DNA of 64,000 nucleotides from a virus: positions 21,091 through 85,090 of the IMG/VR virus record IMGVR_UViG_3300032174_000002, one strand, 5' to 3'. Under the pieces are notes generated by a model. The model made no database searches and had not been told where the DNA came from. It worked only from the letters and a program-made list of their open reading frames with translations. The stretch's first letter is position 1; every line of letters starts with the position of its first letter. Positions 57,869-64,000 of the stretch are shown here, in pieces. Made by a program: the position numbers and the translations under genes.

Positions 57869-58609
57869 TCAGCCGAGGTCGAGCACATCGCCGCCCCCGT
57901 CGATCTGCAAGAAGCTCGAGTCGTCGATCATCAGGTTGGCGCCGAGCCCCGGGTTGTAGTACGGCAAGCCGTGCGACCAGTACCACGGCTGCACCTGCGT
58001 CGAGTTGAGCGCGCCGGCGTAGACCTGGAAGTCGCTGACCTCGCCGTCGAGGTACTGGTTGGCGCCGACCGGATCGCGCAGGACGGAGCAGGCGTTGCCG
58101 GGCGCGTTGAAGGTGCCGCTGACCGTGGCCTGCCTGCGCAGCAGGGCCAGGTAGCCGGGCAGGCGCTCGACGGGCGGCGCCATCGTCAGACTGTAGAGCG
58201 ACAGCGTCGCCGGGTAGCTATCGACGTCGAGGACGGCATAGAGGTACGTCCACATGCCCGGCGGTACCGAAACGATCATGCCGGCCCAGGTGGCGAGGAA
58301 CTGCGTCCCGGCGTCGTTCGAGACGACCGCCTCGGCCAGGTTCGTGCCGCTGCTGCTGAGACGGAGGAACCGCTGGCCCGCCGCGGCCCCGTCGCCGCCG
58401 AAGCCGGCGATGTACTTGGCCGCGATCGCCGAGGTCCTCGGCTTGACCCAGCAGCCCCAGGACATCGAACCAGCCGGCGCTGCGACCGTCGCCGCGCCGT
58501 AGCTGGCCACGCCGTCCCCGACGAGCGACGGGGCGACGTGCGCGACGTCGTAGGGCCAGAGCGTGCAGAGCCATGCTTTCGTCGCCAGCGGATCCGCCAG
58601 CAGCGCCAT
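57869..58609 (-). CDS. LamG-domain tail protein (N-terminal part of apparently split gene)
   Basis: SWGCWVKP, WTYL.AV, LDGEVSDFQVY..ALN..QV. Confidence 0.7.
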   Translation of the reverse strand: MALLADPLATKAWLCTLWPYDVAHVAPSLVGDGVASYGAATVAAPAGSMSWGCWVKPRTSAIAAKYIAGFGGDGAAAGQRFLRLSSSGTNLAEAVVSNDAGTQFLATWAGMIVSVPPGMWTYLYAVLDVDSYPATLSLYSLTMAPPVERLPGYLALLRRQATVSGTFNAPGNACSVLRDPVGANQYLDGEVSDFQVYAGALNSTQVQPWYWSHGLPYYNPGLGANLMIDDSSFLQIDGGGDVLDLG

Positions 58610-58620
58610 GTAGTTGGCGG

Positions 58621-61600
58621 TCAAGCTGCCCTCCCGGCGCGCTGAACGCTGCCAACGACGGCCATGGCGCGGGTGAGCTCGGCCTGGCGTCGTTCGACTT
58701 CGGCCACGCGACCAGCGAGAACAGCGGCCTCGGCCCGCTGCTGATCCCGGAACGCGGCGAGCTCGGCGACGACCGCCTTGCCGTCTGCCGTGAGCTGGTC
58801 GCCCTGGGGCGGCGCCGGCACCAGCCGCACCGAAACCACGGCCGCCGGCGAGAGCGGCGGTACAGCGCCCCAGGGCGAGAGCGGCGCGGTCGCAGCGTCG
58901 CGCGCCGCATATCGGTCGGCCGGGTTCTGCCCGCCGGTGCCAGTCGCGATCAGGCGCAGCGCCGCGGCGGCGGCGGTGCCGGCGACCGCGGTCGCGTTCA
59001 GGGCATCCGCCGCGGCCCGGGCGGCCGTGGTCCCGGGATCGTTGACCGTGGCGCCGGTGGGTGATGGCGGCGGTGCAATCGCGCCGCCGGGCGCGCCGCT
59101 GCCGGTACCAGGATAGAACCCCGCCGGCAGCCCGGAGGGGAGCGCTCCGCCGGACCAGTAACTCGGCGTCGTGACCGGCAGGCCGAGCTTCTGCTCGAGC
59201 GCCTGGAGCTGCGTCAGGACCGCGTTGAACATCAACGTGTACGGGCCGCTCGAGCCGTACTCGTCGCGCAGCGCCGTGAGGTAGTCCGTCGCCGCCTGCT
59301 GCGCGTTCGACACCGCGGTCGCGTCGGCGCCAGGGGCGTTGGCGAGCCCGAGGTCTCGCTGCCACTCGGCAGCGGCCGCCGTCACCCGCTCGGCCGGCGT
59401 CAACGGCGAGATCGCCGTGTTCTGGCGCAGCGAATCAATGAACTTCTGCAGGGCATCGGCGGCGGACTGCGCGGAGGAGGCGAGGTTGCCCTGGGCGGCC
59501 GTCGCCGAGCTCGCCCCGGCGTTGAGCTTCGCCCAGTCCGGGGTGTTCGCCGGGTCGGCGAAGAACGCCTCGATCCCGCTCACCTGGTCGGCGAGTGCCT
59601 GGGTGATGACGCCCTGCGCCAGGAGGATGTCCGTCTCCTCCTGAAGCTGTGCCAGCTTGATCTCGAAGTCGATCTGCTCGAGTTGCTCCTTGACGAGCTC
59701 GGCCTGCTTGGTGTTGCCCGCCGCGGTGTAGATGCCCTCGACCATGGTGAGGACGTCGGCCGACCCTTGCTGCGCGATCTGCTGCATCTCGCGGTTGAAT
59801 TCGGCAGCGGAGATCGCGCTGTCCGCGAGCCCGGTCCGTAGGGCCTCGATGGCATCGCTGAACTTCTTGGCGTCGGCGGCCGTCGTATCGAGCGGGAGCG
59901 ACAACCCGCCGACGACCTGCATGACCAGATTCTTTTCGTCCTGCAGCTCGGCGACTCGAACGCGGTGGAGTTCCGCCGAGCCGGCGCCCAGATCCTGCTC
60001 GGTCTTGTAGATGTTGGCGAATTGCGTATGGATCGCCGACAGCCCGACCGCGAAGGTCGAAAGCCCATGAGCCTGCTGGACCAGCGGGGTGACTACCGCA
60101 TCGGTCTGGGCCTGCGTTTGCAGCCGCAGCAGGGCGATGTCCGCCGCGCGGGCCGCCTCCTCGTCCTTGTATGCCTGGCTGCTCTTCTTGAGCCCCTTCT
60201 CCTGCTCGTCGATGTCCCGGTTGATCTTGAGAACGGCGGCGTCGAACGGGAGCATCCCGAACTGCGTCAACGCGAGGAGCGCCTGCGCCAGCGTCTGGGC
60301 GGCGGAGGCAAGCGAGGTGACCGAGGATGACGCCGAGCCACCAGGCGCGTGGAGATCGCCGGGCTTGATCGTGAGGCCGGCCAGCTGCTTCAGCAGGTCC
60401 TCGTCGCTCTGGATCGCCGCGTTGATCGAATCGAGCAAGAGCTTGTTGGCGTCGTCGATCACGCCAGCCGACTTGGCCTGGATGGTGGCGCTGTCCACGG
60501 TCGCCCGCGCCACGAGCCCGAGTCCGGTGATATACGCGCCCTGGCCGGCGATCGATAACGCCTCGACTTGCAGTTGGATGATCTGTTGCTTGACGCTCGC
60601 CTCCTGCAAGGCGAGGGCGTTGTTGTACGTCTCCATGTCGAGCTGCTGCTGCTGTTTCGCAGTCAGCCTCTTGCCCTCGATGGAGTCGCGCTCCTTCTCG
60701 TCAAGCGCGACGATCCCCGAGTTCACGTCGCCCAGCATGGTCCCGAGGTCGGCGAGCGACAGGCCCATGTTGACCAGCGCGATGTTCTCGCTGATCACCT
60801 GGTTGCCGAAATTCGCCATGTCGGTCGTGATCTGGGAGATGGCGCCGTGCGCGCCGGCGATCACCTGCTGCAGGACCTGGACGTTGCCCAGGATCTGGTT
60901 GGGGTCGACCGAGCCGCTCAGGTTCTTGACGTAATCCTGGATGATCTTCGGCAGGTTGCCGAGGTTGGCCTTGTTGAAGGCCGCCGCGATACCGTGATCG
61001 ATCGCGGACTGCATGGACTGGAAGCTGCCGATGATCGTGTTGCCGACCGTGACCTGGAACTCGAGGCCGTTCTTCGACACCTGGACGGCGATCGCCGGCA
61101 GGCTCTGGATAATCTGTCCGGTGGCCTTCTCGAAACCCTCGAAAAACTGTTGCAGGCTCTGAACGACCTGCTGCGACTGCTGATCGAAGGAGGTGAGACT
61201 GGCGCCCGCGGCGCCGAGGCCAACGCTGGGTGTGCCACCTACCTGGTTGTAGGAGGCGCCCGGCTGCACGCCGCCGAAGGTCATCCCGGGACCGAAGGTC
61301 GTGTTCGGGTCCGGGCCGGCCTTGCTCAGGAAGCCGGTGATGACGTTGTAGACCACCCAACCGGCGAAGGCGACAGCGCCGGCGTAGAGCAAGCCAGAGG
61401 CGCCAACGCCGCTCGCCAAGCCGCCACTACCACCGCCACCGAACAGCGAGGCGATGCCGCTGATGAGGCCCCCGCCGCTGCTCGAGGCCCCGGCGGCGGC
61501 CGTCGATGCCGCCGCCTCCGTCTGTAGCGCCGCGGCGAGGTCGAACTCCTGCGCGTTATTCGTGAACAGGCCGGAGTTCTCGCCGAACCACTGGAATTCC

Positions 61601-64000
61601 TGCTTGGAGAAGTCGGTCTGGAGCGAGGCCGAATTGCCGAGCATCGAGCCGGCACTCGCAAGCTTGTCGCCGGCGCCTCCCAGGATGCCGCCGAGGCCAC
61701 CGAGCGGGCTGCTGCCGGTGAGCGCCCCAACAAAGGTCCCGAACTGCGACACGGCCGACTGGAACTGCGCGGTCGCGCCGCCTCCGGGGCCGCCGCCGAA
61801 GAGCGCCGTCTGCAAGGTCGCGCCCTGGCCAAAGAGCCCCTGCACGATGCTCGACTCGGCCTCGTGCGCCGCCATGTTGGCGAGCGCGTCGACGACGGTC
61901 TTCTCCATCCCCTGCCAGATGGATTTCCAGGTGACCGCCATGCCGGCCGCCGATTCGCCGACGGCCTGGAACAGCGTCTCCCAGTCCTTGCTGACCGCGT
62001 CGGCGACCGACTTCTCGTCCGCGGCCCGTTGCTGCAACACGGCGGAGAGCTGCCTGTACGCCTCGATCTGCCGGGAGACGCCGGCGAGGTCGGCCGCCAG
62101 CAACTGGGCCTTGACCTGGCCCTCCTGGGTCGCCAGGTTGATGCTATTCCTGTGGATCTCCTGGAGCAGCAGCTCCTGGTAGGCGACGAAGCCCTCGGCC
62201 GTGAACAGCGATTGGTACTGCTGCGCGAGGCCGCCGACCGCCGGGTTGATCTGGGCGTAGAGCCCGAGGTCGGCCTCGAGCTTCGCGACTTCGCTCTCGG
62301 CTCCCTGGAGGGCGCCCTCGCGCACGGCGGCCAGCCCCTGCTCGCCGGCGGTCAGATCCTTCGTCCCCTGGAGCTGGAAGCCCAGCAGCGAGATCTCGAG
62401 GCGGCGCGCGTCCAGGAAGCCGCCGGAGAGGTTCTCCCGCTTCGCCTGGGTGTCTGCGGCGGTGACGATCGCGTTGGCGCGCGAGTAGTCGTTCGAGCGG
62501 GAGAGGGCATCGGCAAGGGCGGCTTCGGCGGCGCGCTGCTCGTCGGTCGCCTTGATGTTGTAGCCGATCTGGGCGACCTGGCTGCCGATCGCGATCGAGG
62601 CCAGCGCCGCGTTGCGGGCGCGCTCGAGCTCCCGCTGCCCCTCCTCGGACAGGATCGGGATCCCCGCCGCGGCGAGCGCCACGCGCTCCTTCTCGACCGC
62701 GGCCGCGATGATCCCGGCAGAGGTGCTCTGGCTGGTCGCATCCGCGAGCTTCGCCTGGCCGAGCGCGGCGGCGGCGATCTCGGCCTCGCCCTCCTTGTAG
62801 GTCAGGGCGTTGCGGAGCTTGCTGGCGGTGTTCTGGTCGATCGCCGCCCCGGCGGCGCGGAGCGCGACCTCCTCGGCCTTGGTGACGACCAGCCCCTTGT
62901 CCTTCGCCTCGGTCTCGAGCTTCGCGATCTCGGCCTCGGCCTGCATGGCGCCGGCGTGGAGGCGGGCGGCGCCCGTCCCGAGCAGTTCGGCGTCCGCCTC
63001 GATGGCGAGCTTCGCCGCGCGTTCCTGCATGCCGACGATCACCTTGTTGATCGAGTCGGTGAAGTTGGCCTGTTCCTTCGTGGCCTTGGCGACGCCCGCG
63101 CCGTACAGGGCGTCGCCCTCGCCCAGGAGGTCGAGGACGGCCATGAGGTCGTAGGACTGCTTCGTCGTCAGCTGCTGCTGGGCTTGGAGCTTGGCCAGTT
63201 CGTCGCGCAGCTTGACCAGGCTGCCGCTCGCGCCGCCGGCGGACGGCTGCGCGATCGCACCCCCGCCGCCGTCGCCCATCGCGCTGGCCATCGCGATCGC
63301 GAGCTTTTTTTCCTCCTCGATCTGCGCCTCGATGGCGACGATCTGCTTCTTGACGGCCTCGATCCGGACGACCGCCGCGGTCTCGGCCGCGAGGGCGGTT
63401 TTCAGGTCGGCCTCGGCCAGCTGCCGCGCGGCCTCGCGCTGCTGCTTCGACCAGTCGTCGATGTTGGTGAAGTCGCCGTGCAGTCGCTCGAGGGCGGTCC
63501 CGAACTGGTCGAGGAAGTCGGAGATCTTGGCGGCGGAAGCGAACTCGCGGTCCTGGGCCGCGGCCGCCGCATCGACCTCGAGCACGTAGTTGTGCATGGC
63601 GACGGCAAGGCCGCCGACCGCGACCAGCGCCAGGGTGACTGGATTGGCCAGCAGGGAGGCGGTGAAGGCGTCGGTCGCCGCGGCGGCGCCCTCGGTGGCG
63701 GCGGCATCGGCGGCGACGGCCCCGGCGTGGAGGGTCGCCGCCGCGGCGGCATCGCCGGAGGCCACCGCGGAACTGCTGACGGCCGCCCCGTAGGCGTCGT
63801 AGATCACGGCGCCGGCGGCGGTCGCGGCTCCGGCCGACGTCGCGGCGCCGGCGAGCTCTCCCTCCCCGGCCGTGAGCGCCAGGCTCGCGGCCGCCGCCCG
63901 CTCCATGGCCCCGGCGGCCAGGGTCAGCGCCGGTACCAGCTCGACCAGCGCCGCCGCGGAAGCCGCGGACGCCGCCGCTTCGGCGGCCTGCGCCGCGGCC
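58621..64000 (-). CDS. Tape measure protein (5' end outside window)
   Basis: >1760 aa Ala/Gln-rich helical ORF, LLANPV motif, upstream of tail genes. Confidence 0.88.
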   Translation of the reverse strand, partial: AAAQAAEAAASAASAAALVELVPALTLAAGAMERAAAASLALTAGEGELAGAATSAGAATAAGAVIYDAYGAAVSSSAVASGDAAAAATLHAGAVAADAAATEGAAAATDAFTASLLANPVTLALVAVGGLAVAMHNYVLEVDAAAAAQDREFASAAKISDFLDQFGTALERLHGDFTNIDDWSKQQREAARQLAEADLKTALAAETAAVVRIEAVKKQIVAIEAQIEEEKKLAIAMASAMGDGGGGAIAQPSAGGASGSLVKLRDELAKLQAQQQLTTKQSYDLMAVLDLLGEGDALYGAGVAKATKEQANFTDSINKVIVGMQERAAKLAIEADAELLGTGAARLHAGAMQAEAEIAKLETEAKDKGLVVTKAEEVALRAAGAAIDQNTASKLRNALTYKEGEAEIAAAALGQAKLADATSQSTSAGIIAAAVEKERVALAAAGIPILSEEGQRELERARNAALASIAIGSQVAQIGYNIKATDEQRAAEAALADALSRSNDYSRANAIVTAADTQAKRENLSGGFLDARRLEISLLGFQLQGTKDLTAGEQGLAAVREGALQGAESEVAKLEADLGLYAQINPAVGGLAQQYQSLFTAEGFVAYQELLLQEIHRNSINLATQEGQVKAQLLAADLAGVSRQIEAYRQLSAVLQQRAADEKSVADAVSKDWETLFQAVGESAAGMAVTWKSIWQGMEKTVVDALANMAAHEAESSIVQGLFGQGATLQTALFGGGPGGGATAQFQSAVSQFGTFVGALTGSSPLGGLGGILGGAGDKLASAGSMLGNSASLQTDFSKQEFQWFGENSGLFTNNAQEFDLAAALQTEAAASTAAAGASSSGGGLISGIASLFGGGGSGGLASGVGASGLLYAGAVAFAGWVVYNVITGFLSKAGPDPNTTFGPGMTFGGVQPGASYNQVGGTPSVGLGAAGASLTSFDQQSQQVVQSLQQFFEGFEKATGQIIQSLPAIAVQVSKNGLEFQVTVGNTIIGSFQSMQSAIDHGIAAAFNKANLGNLPKIIQDYVKNLSGSVDPNQILGNVQVLQQVIAGAHGAISQITTDMANFGNQVISENIALVNMGLSLADLGTMLGDVNSGIVALDEKERDSIEGKRLTAKQQQQLDMETYNNALALQEASVKQQIIQLQVEALSIAGQGAYITGLGLVARATVDSATIQAKSAGVIDDANKLLLDSINAAIQSDEDLLKQLAGLTIKPGDLHAPGGSASSSVTSLASAAQTLAQALLALTQFGMLPFDAAVLKINRDIDEQEKGLKKSSQAYKDEEAARAADIALLRLQTQAQTDAVVTPLVQQAHGLSTFAVGLSAIHTQFANIYKTEQDLGAGSAELHRVRVAELQDEKNLVMQVVGGLSLPLDTTAADAKKFSDAIEALRTGLADSAISAAEFNREMQQIAQQGSADVLTMVEGIYTAAGNTKQAELVKEQLEQIDFEIKLAQLQEETDILLAQGVITQALADQVSGIEAFFADPANTPDWAKLNAGASSATAAQGNLASSAQSAADALQKFIDSLRQNTAISPLTPAERVTAAAAEWQRDLGLANAPGADATAVSNAQQAATDYLTALRDEYGSSGPYTLMFNAVLTQLQALEQKLGLPVTTPSYWSGGALPSGLPAGFYPGTGSGAPGGAIAPPPSPTGATVNDPGTTAARAAADALNATAVAGTAAAAALRLIATGTGGQNPADRYAARDAATAPLSPWGAVPPLSPAAVVSVRLVPAPPQGDQLTADGKAVVAELAAFRDQQRAEAAVLAGRVAEVERRQAELTRAMAVVGSVQRAGRAA

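Larger units (their letters stand above)
1..64000. mobile_element. Tailed bacteriophage/prophage genome segment (siphovirus-like), extends beyond both window edges
   Basis: Terminase, tape measure, tail, endolysin, replication and recombination genes plus dense small ORFs with ATGA/GTGA overlaps; no host core genes. Confidence 0.95.

Overview
The whole window is part of a very GC-rich, long-tailed (siphovirus-like) bacteriophage or prophage genome, seen circularly permuted; no host housekeeping genes or integrase are visible. From right to left on the minus strand: tape measure (truncated at the window edge), tail-tip/LamG and tail-fibre genes, membrane proteins with a stand-alone PAS protein, a GH19 endolysin with a holin-like gene, a plus-strand early block (Cro-like HTH, catalytically dead LexA-like domain, HerA-like ATPase, HNH, ParB, SAM-dependent enzyme, ArsR), a recombination/replication block (SSAP-like, exonuclease, RNA ligase, RuvC, DNA methylase, iteron-containing initiator, DnaC-like loader), a plus-strand block with a PAPS-reductase-family gene, a tRNA cluster, a DpdA/TGT-like plus QueC pair, and small and large terminase. 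One protein carries a C-terminal domain I recall from Thermoanaerobaculia (Acidobacteriota) secreted proteins, a tentative host clue. The most unusual observations are two T-loop-bearing structured non-coding RNA candidates in and upstream of the tRNA cluster, a tail-tip gene apparently split inside a LamG domain by an inserted cassette encoding a signal-peptide-bearing tail fibre, a LexA-mimic lacking both catalytic residues, and a FixL-like PAS domain among late membrane genes. All protein calls come from motif recognition by eye, and several apparent frameshifts may be assembly errors.
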